DNA from: Dehalococcoidia bacterium
GTDB taxonomy: Bacteria; Chloroflexota; Dehalococcoidia; Bin125
Reading direction: 5' to 3'
DNA: 64,000 bases
Assembly (NCBI GenBank): GCA_963555985.3
Contig: OY820591.1
Coordinates: forward strand, 2,688,001-2,752,000
A program made the translations under genes and the position numbers. This document shows, piece by piece, positions 56,376 to 64,000 of the stretch; the first letter of the stretch is position 1, and each line of letters begins with the position of its first letter. Below the pieces are notes generated by a model, which saw only the letters and a program-made list of their open reading frames with translations, made no database searches and was not told the DNA's origin.

Positions 56376-57817
56376 GACGGTCCACGCTCACTCACGCTCC
56401 CGCCGCACGCAGCTACGCGCGCAACATCCCGATCTATTACCTGTTCCAGTTCGCCACCGGATTCCTGATCTGGATGCCCGTCTGGATGATCTTCCTGCTC
56501 GATGAGCGCGGACTGTCGCTGACCGAGGTCGGAATGATGGAAGCCGTCTTCTGGGTAGCGATGGCGCTCTCGGAGGTGCCTACGGGGGCGATCGCCGATC
56601 GCTTTGGGCGCCGCACCTCGCTCGCCCTAGGCGGATTCGGCTTCACGATCGGCTGCTTCCTCTTCGTCTCGCTGAACAGCTTCGGCGGGATCATCATCGG
56701 CTACCTCTTCATGGCCGTCGCGATGACGCTCTACAGCGGCTCCGGCCAAGCGTTGCTCTTCGACAGCCTGCGCGCGCTCGGACGCACCCGCGAGTACGAA
56801 CGCCACGTCGGGCGCGCCGAAGCGCTGATGACCTCCGCGATGCTGGCCGCGACCTTGCTCGGCGGCCCCATGGCCGGACTCTTCGGCCTGACCATGACCT
56901 TCTACATCGGCTCCGCCGTGATGGCCCTTGCCGGCATGATCGCCCTGCTCCTGCGCGAGCCGCCGCGCAACGAGGACGAGTTCGACGACGGGCTGCACGC
57001 GGCCCCGATCTCGGCCGCCGATGCATCGGCCGAGGACCGCTCACCCAGCGGCGTCTTCGCCAACATGCTGATCGGCTTCCGCGTCGTCGCCGCAAAGCGC
57101 GCGATCCTCTGGATGATCCTGCTCGCCGGCCTGCTCACGGTCTGCATGGAGATGCCGAGTTTCTTCGTCCAGCCCTTCATCCGCTCGCACGGAGTCGACC
57201 CGGCCGAGGATCTCGCCTCCGGGTCGCTGTTCTCCGCCCTGATGGTCCCGGGCTTCGCCGCCATGACGATCGGCGCACTGCTCGCCGCCTCCTTCATCAG
57301 CCGCGTCGGCGAGCGCCGCACCGTGCCTGCGATGATGTTGATCGGGATGGCCGCCTTCATCCCCATGCTGCTCTTCGATCACCTCGGCATCATCGCCGCG
57401 ATCGCGCTGCTCGCCGGCCTCCACGCGATGCTGCGTCCGATCGCGACGGGCTACATCAACCGCCGCATCCGCTCCGAGCAGCGCGCCACCGTCCTCTCGA
57501 TCTACGAGCTCTGCATGGCCCTGCAGATGGCGGTGATCGTGCCGCTGATCTCGTTCAGCGCCGACCAGATCGACTTCCGTTGGGCGTATGCCTTCTCACT
57601 CGTCTTGATTGTGATCATCGGCGGCACGATGTGGCGCATGTGGGCGCGCTCGCACCGGCGTGAACAGTCCGATGCGCTGCGGATGCTCAGTATCCGCCGG
57701 GCCCCGCAGGCGAACGGCGTTGGCGCGAACGGAACCGGCAATGGAGTTCACGCCAACGGGGCGCAGAACAGCACCGACGCGGCCAGTCCGCGACCGGTTT
57801 CGCGTGACCGCGCATGA
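56372..57817 (+). CDS. MFS transporter (paralog 3)
   Basis: ATGA overlap; EVPTGAIADRFGRR, IRSEQRATVLS. Confidence 0.92.
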   Translation: MRRSTLTHAPAARSYARNIPIYYLFQFATGFLIWMPVWMIFLLDERGLSLTEVGMMEAVFWVAMALSEVPTGAIADRFGRRTSLALGGFGFTIGCFLFVSLNSFGGIIIGYLFMAVAMTLYSGSGQALLFDSLRALGRTREYERHVGRAEALMTSAMLAATLLGGPMAGLFGLTMTFYIGSAVMALAGMIALLLREPPRNEDEFDDGLHAAPISAADASAEDRSPSGVFANMLIGFRVVAAKRAILWMILLAGLLTVCMEMPSFFVQPFIRSHGVDPAEDLASGSLFSALMVPGFAAMTIGALLAASFISRVGERRTVPAMMLIGMAAFIPMLLFDHLGIIAAIALLAGLHAMLRPIATGYINRRIRSEQRATVLSIYELCMALQMAVIVPLISFSADQIDFRWAYAFSLVLIVIIGGTMWRMWARSHRREQSDALRMLSIRRAPQANGVGANGTGNGVHANGAQNSTDAASPRPVSRDRA

Positions 57818-59118
57818 CCGACGCCGGTGCGACTCAGGCTGCGCCGGGCAGTCGGTTCGCCCGCAACGTCCCCGTCTACTACCTCTTCCAGTTTGTCCGC
57901 GGGTTCCATTTCTGGGCTGCGGTCTGGTTTCTCTTTCTCCAGGCCGAGCACGGACTCTCGTTCGCCCAGATTGGCCTGATGGAGGCGCTCTTCGGGATCG
58001 CGATCCTCGTCGCCGAAGTGCCCACCGGCGCACTCGCCGACCGCTTCGGCCGCCGCTTCACGCTCTGCCTGGGCGCAGTCGGTTTCGGGATCGCCACGGC
58101 GTTGTTTGCCTTGCTCGACTTCCCCGCCCTGATCGTCGGTTACAGCGCGATGGCGGTGGCGCACACGTTCTTCTCGGGCGCCGACGAAGCCCTGCTCTAC
58201 GACAGCCTGCGCCAGCTCGGGCGCAGCGACGAATACGAGCAGCACCAGGGACGATCACAGGCGCTTGCGACTGCCGCGCTGCTCGCCGCGACCCTGCTCA
58301 GCGGACCACTCGCCGCCCTGCTCGGGTTTCAGGCCGTCATGCTGTTCAGCGCGGGCGGTATGGCGGCGGCCGCCTTGATCGCGTTCTGGTTCCGCGAACC
58401 GCCCCGCCGCGAGGCCGAGTCGGGCGAGGGTCCGCCAACGGACGACGCGCCGCAACGCGGCGTCCCCGTGCTCTACGAGATTCGCCGCGGCGTGCGGATC
58501 ACCTTCCGCGCCCGGCCCATCCTCTGGACCATCCTGCTCGGCGGCATCCTGATCGCTACGCTGGAGATCCCCGACTTCTTCACCCAACCCTTCATCCGCT
58601 CGCACGGCGTAGACCCCACCGACGCCGTCGACCGCGGGCTGATCTACTCCGGCTTGCTGCTGCCCGGGTTCATCGGAATCATGATCGGCTCCCTGCTCGC
58701 CGGACCGCTCGCGGAACGCCTCGGCGAGAGCCGAGCCCTGCCCGTGATCTTCCTGACCGGCCTGATCTGTTACCTACCTCTGCTGATCCTCGATCATCTC
58801 GCCCTGCTCGCTGCGTTTGCCGTGGCGTCCGCCTGCGTCGCTGCAGTTCGGCCCCTCGCCAGCGGCTACATCAACCGCCGCATCCCCTCCGATCAGCGCG
58901 CGACCGTGCTCTCGATGCTCACGTTGCTCACCGGGGTCATGCTCACCGTGCTGATCCCGGTGTCCGCCGTGCTTGTCGATAGCTTCGACTTCCGGGCCGC
59001 CTTTGCACTCGCCTACGGCCTGCTCACGGTGATCGGCGGGGTGTTCTGGCTGCGCTGGCGCAGCGTGCATCTGCGCTCGCAGGCGGAGGACGTGGGCGAG
59101 AACGGAGTCCAGCGATGA
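57814..59118 (+). CDS. MFS transporter (paralog 4)
   Basis: ATGA overlap; EVPTGALADRFGRR. Confidence 0.92.
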   Translation: MTDAGATQAAPGSRFARNVPVYYLFQFVRGFHFWAAVWFLFLQAEHGLSFAQIGLMEALFGIAILVAEVPTGALADRFGRRFTLCLGAVGFGIATALFALLDFPALIVGYSAMAVAHTFFSGADEALLYDSLRQLGRSDEYEQHQGRSQALATAALLAATLLSGPLAALLGFQAVMLFSAGGMAAAALIAFWFREPPRREAESGEGPPTDDAPQRGVPVLYEIRRGVRITFRARPILWTILLGGILIATLEIPDFFTQPFIRSHGVDPTDAVDRGLIYSGLLLPGFIGIMIGSLLAGPLAERLGESRALPVIFLTGLICYLPLLILDHLALLAAFAVASACVAAVRPLASGYINRRIPSDQRATVLSMLTLLTGVMLTVLIPVSAVLVDSFDFRAAFALAYGLLTVIGGVFWLRWRSVHLRSQAEDVGENGVQR

Positions 59119-59173
59119 GCTCCCGCTCGCGCAACGACGCGACCGCTCCGGTCTCCGCTCCCGGCGACGGCGC

Positions 59174-60490
59174 ATGAGCGACTCAGGGGCGAACGAGGCC
59201 GCCCAGCCCAGCCCGTACGCGCGCAATATCCCTGTCTACTATCTCTTCCAGTTCACGCGCGGCTTTCACCTTTGGGTGCCGCTCTGGTTTCTCTTTCTGC
59301 AACTCGAGCACGGACTCTCCTTCACCCAGATCGGGTGGCTCGAAGCGATCTTCGGGATCACCGCGATCCTCGCTGAAGTGCCCACCGGCGCGATCGCCGA
59401 CCGCTTTGGCCGCCGCGTCGCGCTCGCCTTCGGCGCGTTCAGCTTCGCCGCTGCCACCGTCCTCTTCGGAGCGCTCGACTATCCCCTGCTGGTTGCCGGC
59501 TACCTGAGCATGGCAGTGGCGATGACGCTGTTCTCGGGCAGCGACGAGGCGCTGCTCTTCGACAGTCTGCGCCAGCTCGGGCGCAGCGACGCTTACGAGC
59601 GCCACGCCGGGCGCGGACAGGCGGTGGCCACTGCCTCGCTGCTGGGCGCGACTCTGCTCAGCGGGCCGCTGACCTCGCAGCTCGGCTTTCAGACGGTGGT
59701 CCTGCTCAGCGCCGCCGGGATGGGTCTGGCCGGCCTAATCGCGCTGTTCCTGCGCGAACCACCGCGCCGCGAAGCGGAGATCAGCAGCGACGGCTCCGAC
59801 TCGACAGCAGCGAGAGAACCGAGCCGAACCGGGATCGCCGTCTTCGACGAGATTCGCGCCGGGGCGCGGATTGCCTTCCGCGTGCGGCCTGTGCTCTGGA
59901 CGATCCTGCTGGGCGGATTCCTGCTGGCAGCGCTGGATCTGCCTGACTTCTTCGTGCAGCCGTTCATCCGCTCGCACGGGGTCGACCCGACCGATGCGCT
60001 CGAGCGCGGCTTGATCTACTCGACCCTGCTGCTGCCCTCGTTCTTCGGCTACATGGTCGGCTCGATCATCGCGGCGCCGCTGGCGGAGCGCTGGGGCGAG
60101 GCGCGGGCGCTGCCGCTGATCATCTTGGCAGGGGCGCTCTGTTATGTACCGCTGGTCGCCGTCAACCATCTCGCGCTGGTCGCAGCGATGGCCTGCCTCG
60201 CGGCCGCCACCGCTGCGACGCAGCCGCTGGCGAGCGGTTACATCAACCGCCGCATTCCCTCCGATCAGCGCGCGACTGTGCTTTCGATCTTCGCTGTGGT
60301 CAGCGCCGTGATCCTGACCGTGCTCACGCCGATCGTGTTCGCGCTGGTCGAGCAGTTCGACTTCCGCGCCGCCTATGCACTCGCGTTCGGCCTGCTCGTT
60401 GTAGGGGGCGGGCTGATCTGGCTGCGCTGGCGCAGCGTGCATCTGCGCTCGCAGGAGGAGGACGCCGGCGCGCTTGGGCTCAAGCGATGA
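59174..60490 (+). CDS. MFS transporter (paralog 5)
   Basis: EVPTGAIADRFGRR; closest to paralog 4. Confidence 0.92.
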   Translation: MSDSGANEAAQPSPYARNIPVYYLFQFTRGFHLWVPLWFLFLQLEHGLSFTQIGWLEAIFGITAILAEVPTGAIADRFGRRVALAFGAFSFAAATVLFGALDYPLLVAGYLSMAVAMTLFSGSDEALLFDSLRQLGRSDAYERHAGRGQAVATASLLGATLLSGPLTSQLGFQTVVLLSAAGMGLAGLIALFLREPPRREAEISSDGSDSTAAREPSRTGIAVFDEIRAGARIAFRVRPVLWTILLGGFLLAALDLPDFFVQPFIRSHGVDPTDALERGLIYSTLLLPSFFGYMVGSIIAAPLAERWGEARALPLIILAGALCYVPLVAVNHLALVAAMACLAAATAATQPLASGYINRRIPSDQRATVLSIFAVVSAVILTVLTPIVFALVEQFDFRAAYALAFGLLVVGGGLIWLRWRSVHLRSQEEDAGALGLKR

Positions 60491-61697
60491 GCTCCCGCTC
60501 GCGCAGCGCGGCGATCGCCTCTGCGTCATAGCCCAGACCCTCGAGCAGCGCCTCCGTGTCCTGACCGCGCGACGGGGCGCCTCCGCGCACTCGGCCCGGC
60601 GTCGCTGAGAGTTTTGCTGCGACGCCTGCCTGGCGCATCGTGCGACCGTCGGGGGTCGGTACCTCTACTACCATCTCCCGCGCGATGTTGTGCTCGTCGG
60701 TCAGCGCTTCTTCGAGGCTCAGGACCGGCTTTGCGCAGACGTCGACGTCGTTCAGCAGCTCGTGCCATTCGTCCGCTGTTCGTGTGCGGAACGCCGCCGC
60801 GAACGCTGCGCGCATCTGCTCGCGGCGCTCCGGGTCGTCCATGCCCTGATCGTCGATGAACTGCTCCAGTTCCAGCGCTCGGCAGAGATTGGCGTAGAAG
60901 TAGGGTTCCATCGAGCCGACTGAGAACCAGCGCCCGTCGGCGGTCTCGTAGACCTGGTAGTGCGGTTCGCCGCCGTTGAGGACGTGTTTGGCCGGTCGCA
61001 TATCCGCGCCTGCGCCCTCGTAGCCTGCCAGCGCCGACGTGATCAGCGACATTGCGCCGTCGGACATGCCTAAATCGATGTACTGTCCCTCGCCGGTGCG
61101 CTCTCGCGCCTGGAGGGCGCAGACGATGGCGAAGGCGGCCATCAGTCCGCCGCCGGCGAAGTCGGCGATGATGTTCGCCGGGATCGCGGGACGCCCGCCC
61201 GTGTCGTAGTCGCCGATCATGCCCAGCGCGCCCGCGGTGGCGATGTAGTTGATGTCGTGGCCGACGTGGGCGGCGTAGGGGCCGGTCTGGCCGAAGCCTG
61301 AGAGCGAGCAGTAGATCAGGCGATTGTTTCGGGCCGAGAGCGTCTCCCAATCGACGCCCAGGCGCTTGACTACGCCGGGTCGAAAGCCCTCCAACACGAT
61401 GTCGGCGTCTTCGGCCAGGCGGTAGAAGATCTCGCGCGCTTCGTCCGATTTCAGATTTAGGCCGATCGAGCGCTTGCCTCGTCCCAGCGCGTAGCTCGAA
61501 TAGCGCCGCCGTTCCTCGTTGGGGTCGGGCTTGCCGCCGAGGTCGCGGCGGCCGCGCGGGCGGCCGGCCTGCTCGATCAGGATCACCTCTGCGCCCATGT
61601 CGGCCAGCAGCATTGAGCAATAGGGACCCGGCGCGAGCGCGGAGAGATCGAGCACGCACAGGCCGTCCAGCGGCCCGTCCAGTCTGAGCTCGCTCAT
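60480..61697 (-). CDS. Family III CoA-transferase / alpha-methylacyl-CoA racemase-like
   Basis: PLDGLCVLDL, EGFRPG, GHDINY, ADFAGG. Confidence 0.9.
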   Translation of the reverse strand: MSELRLDGPLDGLCVLDLSALAPGPYCSMLLADMGAEVILIEQAGRPRGRRDLGGKPDPNEERRRYSSYALGRGKRSIGLNLKSDEAREIFYRLAEDADIVLEGFRPGVVKRLGVDWETLSARNNRLIYCSLSGFGQTGPYAAHVGHDINYIATAGALGMIGDYDTGGRPAIPANIIADFAGGGLMAAFAIVCALQARERTGEGQYIDLGMSDGAMSLITSALAGYEGAGADMRPAKHVLNGGEPHYQVYETADGRWFSVGSMEPYFYANLCRALELEQFIDDQGMDDPERREQMRAAFAAAFRTRTADEWHELLNDVDVCAKPVLSLEEALTDEHNIAREMVVEVPTPDGRTMRQAGVAAKLSATPGRVRGGAPSRGQDTEALLEGLGYDAEAIAALRERELIA

Positions 61698-61879
61698 GCG
61701 TTATTCCTCTCGGCTGTCCACCTGTGCGCTTGAGTGCAGGTTATTGCGCAGGGGGCGGTTGGGGATGGTTAGCGGGTGGTTGGGAATGGTTAGTCCTGTT
61801 CAGCGATTTTGCGGGGGCGTGCGCGGGGCGGTTTTGCGAATTGCCTGTGTTTTATGGGGTTTTGTGCGATCCTTGGTGA

Positions 61880-62107
61880 GTGGTTTGGGTGTTCGGAGAG
61901 TTTTTTCTTTCGGGCGGCCCCGAGAAAAAAAACGGGGGATGGGGGCTGAAAACGTTCAGGTTTGTTCAGGTTTTGCTGTTCGATTTTGGACGATTTTGGA
62001 CGAATTCGTTTGGATTTGGTCGAGGCTGTGCGGGGCGTTTCGGGGCTTGGCGGGCGGGTCTGCATTGGGCGGCCTCCGGGTAGGCGTGCTTTTGTTCTAG
62101 CTTAGCA
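61880..62107 (-). repeat. GAAC-rich element (family C)
   Basis: rc TGcTAAGCT, GAACaaaaGCAC, CCTGAACAAACCTGAAC, AAAAAACTCTCCGAACACC. Confidence 0.75.
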
Positions 62108-62162
62108 GGTTTGGGGCGGTTGGCGGCGCGGGTATGCTTGGGGGTAAGTAAGGGGGGCTGCG

Positions 62163-62495
62163 ATGGCGATCTTCGATACGGCGCGGCTGCTGGATGTGCT
62201 GGTGCGGGGCAGGATCGCGGAAGCGGCTCCGGCAGCGGAATTGGTGAGCGAGCTGGAAGAGCAGATGACCAATGTGCTCTCTGACTATCCAACGTATGAT
62301 CGGCTGAGCGTGGAGATTGGGCATGTGCTTCGCGCCATCGCCGAGGGTGAGCAACGCCGGGCTGAAATGGAGGCGCGGCTTACCGAGAGGATGGCGCAGC
62401 TCGAGACTCGAATGACCAGACTGATGCTGCAAGCGCTGGGGATTGGTCTGGGCGCGGTTGCGTTGGCGGTGGGGATCATTTTGGGGTTTGGGTAG
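62163..62495 (+). CDS. CCDC90/DUF1640-like coiled-coil membrane protein (110 aa)
   Basis: MAIFDT head, coiled coil, C-terminal TM. Confidence 0.75.
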   Translation: MAIFDTARLLDVLVRGRIAEAAPAAELVSELEEQMTNVLSDYPTYDRLSVEIGHVLRAIAEGEQRRAEMEARLTERMAQLETRMTRLMLQALGIGLGAVALAVGIILGFG

Positions 62496-62555
62496 CAGTG
62501 GTTATTCCCAGGCTCGACCTGGAATCTTGCCTCAGCTGTTGGCGTATCTGTTCGG

Positions 62556-62630
62556 GCGAGATACCCGCGGCGAGCGCGGGTATGACGATCTTTGATACAC
62601 GCAACGGTTTCCCCAGGCGGGAATGACGGA
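62556..62630. repeat. Family B REP-like hairpin plus GGAATGAC end
   Basis: GCGAGATACCCGCGGCGAGCGCGGGTATGACGATCTTTGA, near identical to 36220-36259. Confidence 0.8.
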
Positions 62631-62669
62631 GGTTTGGACGGGTATGCTTGGAGGGCAAGGGAGGCTGCG

Positions 62670-63035
62670 ATGGCGATCTTCAATACGGCGCGGCTGCTGG
62701 ATGTGCTGGTGCGGGGCAGGATCGCGGAAGCGGCTCCGGCGGCGGAGTTGGTGGATGAGTTGGAAGAGCAGATGACGAGCGCGTTGTCGGAATACCCGAC
62801 GCATGATCGGCTGGGGTTGATGGAGGAGCGGCTGCTGCGCATGATGGCGGAGATGGAGACGCGGCTGCTGCGTGAGCTGGCAGAGTTGAGACAGCAGCAA
62901 GCGGAGATGGAGGCGCGGATGACTGAGAGGATGGCGGAGCTCGAGGCTCGAATGACGAGACTGGTGCTGCAAGCGCTCGGGATTGGCCTGGGCGGGGTCG
63001 CGTTGGCGGTGGGGATTCTTTTGGGGTTTGGGTAG
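62670..63035 (+). CDS. Tandem paralog of 62163 (121 aa)
   Basis: MAIFNT head nearly identical; GGAGG RBS. Confidence 0.78.
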   Translation: MAIFNTARLLDVLVRGRIAEAAPAAELVDELEEQMTSALSEYPTHDRLGLMEERLLRMMAEMETRLLRELAELRQQQAEMEARMTERMAELEARMTRLVLQALGIGLGGVALAVGILLGFG

Positions 63036-63044
63036 GCTGGGGGT

Positions 63045-63404
63045 ATGGCGACTGCGCGGAGCGGGCACTACAGCGATTTGAGCGCGGGGTGTCTGCGGAA
63101 AGCGTGGTTGCATTTGGCGGAGGGAGATTTGACGCAGGCGTCGGAGAAGGGCTGGGGCGCGGCGGCGCTGGCGGTGAAGGCGGTGGCGGAATCGCGGGGC
63201 ACTGCCCACACCGGGCATCGAGAGCTGTGGCGGGTGATCCGGCTGCTCGTGGGCGAAACGGGAGACAGCGACATCCGCGTCGACTTTGGGCTGGCTGGGG
63301 AACTGCACGTCAACTTCTATGAGGCCTGGCTGGAGCGGGAAGATGTGGAGGACTACCTCGGCCATGTAGAGCGGCTGGTGGGGAAGTTGGAGGCGCTGGT
63401 GTAG
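63045..63404 (+). CDS. PaREP1/HEPN-like protein
   Basis: GDLTQASEKGWGAAALAVKAVA, HREL, LHVNFYE. Confidence 0.85.
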   Translation: MATARSGHYSDLSAGCLRKAWLHLAEGDLTQASEKGWGAAALAVKAVAESRGTAHTGHRELWRVIRLLVGETGDSDIRVDFGLAGELHVNFYEAWLEREDVEDYLGHVERLVGKLEALV

Positions 63405-63478
63405 GGGGCGGGAACGGCGTCCGATGGGGAAGATTGCGCCGCTTAGCTAACGGATCCTGTGTGGTGGGTCTCGACTGT

Positions 63479-64000
63479 TTAGTCCCCTACTGTCATGCGG
63501 CCGCGTTTGGCGTTTTCTTTGCGGAGGCCGCTGAGGGTGAGGGTGTTGCTCTTGATGCGGTTGCAGGGGGCGCAGAGGAGGAGGCGGTTGCTGATGTGGT
63601 TGAGGCCGCCGTCGGATCTGGGGGTGTTGTGGTCTAGTTCGAGGTAGAGGGGGTCGTCGAATTCTCGGTCGCAGCCGGCGCAGATCACGCCGTTCTCCTC
63701 GATCAGCGTGTCGACCATCTGTTGGCGTGTCATCTTGGGTCCGGGCGGCTCTTTGCTTCGCCTCTTCTTGGTTTTGAGGATTGGGGCGGCGGTCTCGCCG
63801 TCGTCGTTGCGGACGGGGGCTACGGTGCTGTAGCCGATCTGTCCGAAGGTGAGCAGTTGACCGCCGCTGTCGCCGTCCGGCGCGGCTAGCCCCTCTTTCT
63901 GCAAGCGATCGATCACCGTCTGGTGCGCCTTCTCCCAGATATCCATTCCGATCCACTGTCGTTCTGAGCGTTCCGCTGCAACAGGTGTAGTGGCGCAACC
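63479..64000 (-). CDS. 3' part of a DNA methyltransferase-HNH endonuclease fusion
   Basis: Frame open to edge: GCATTPVAAERSERQWIGMD (MTase motif I region), then CAGC..ELDHNTP..NHISNRLLLCAPCNRIK. Confidence 0.8.
   Translation of the reverse strand, partial: GCATTPVAAERSERQWIGMDIWEKAHQTVIDRLQKEGLAAPDGDSGGQLLTFGQIGYSTVAPVRNDDGETAAPILKTKKRRSKEPPGPKMTRQQMVDTLIEENGVICAGCDREFDDPLYLELDHNTPRSDGGLNHISNRLLLCAPCNRIKSNTLTLSGLRKENAKRGRMTVGD

Overview
High-GC bacterial chromosomal segment. Gene style (extended GreA, caa3-type oxidase cluster, LLM/CoA-transferase/MaoC/Uma2 paralogs) suggests Chloroflexota, probably Dehalococcoidia; this is inference only. It holds about 55 CDS: housekeeping (gyrA, leuD, nadE, tldD/pmbA, ctaCDEGAB, gltA, greA, rsmG), catabolic enzymes, a type III R-M pair, other nuclease/defence-like genes, three LysM proteins, three CCDC90/DUF1640-like coiled-coil proteins and five tandem MFS paralogs. 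No rRNA, tRNA, CRISPR array or transposase was recognised. Main signals: (1) a dispersed ~200-nt GAAC-rich intergenic element whose five long copies each have a -10 hexamer next to a LexA-box-like GAAC-N4-GTWC site; (2) a GPP34/GOLPH3-cytochrome P450 fusion lacking the I-helix acid-alcohol pair, between a Rieske oxygenase and an MMPL transporter; (3) nested non-autonomous repeats (REP-like hairpins, a 22-nt micro-insert, IS5-like-ended MITEs); (4) unusual subunits in the cytochrome c oxidase operon. All family calls are by motif recognition; no database searches were run.
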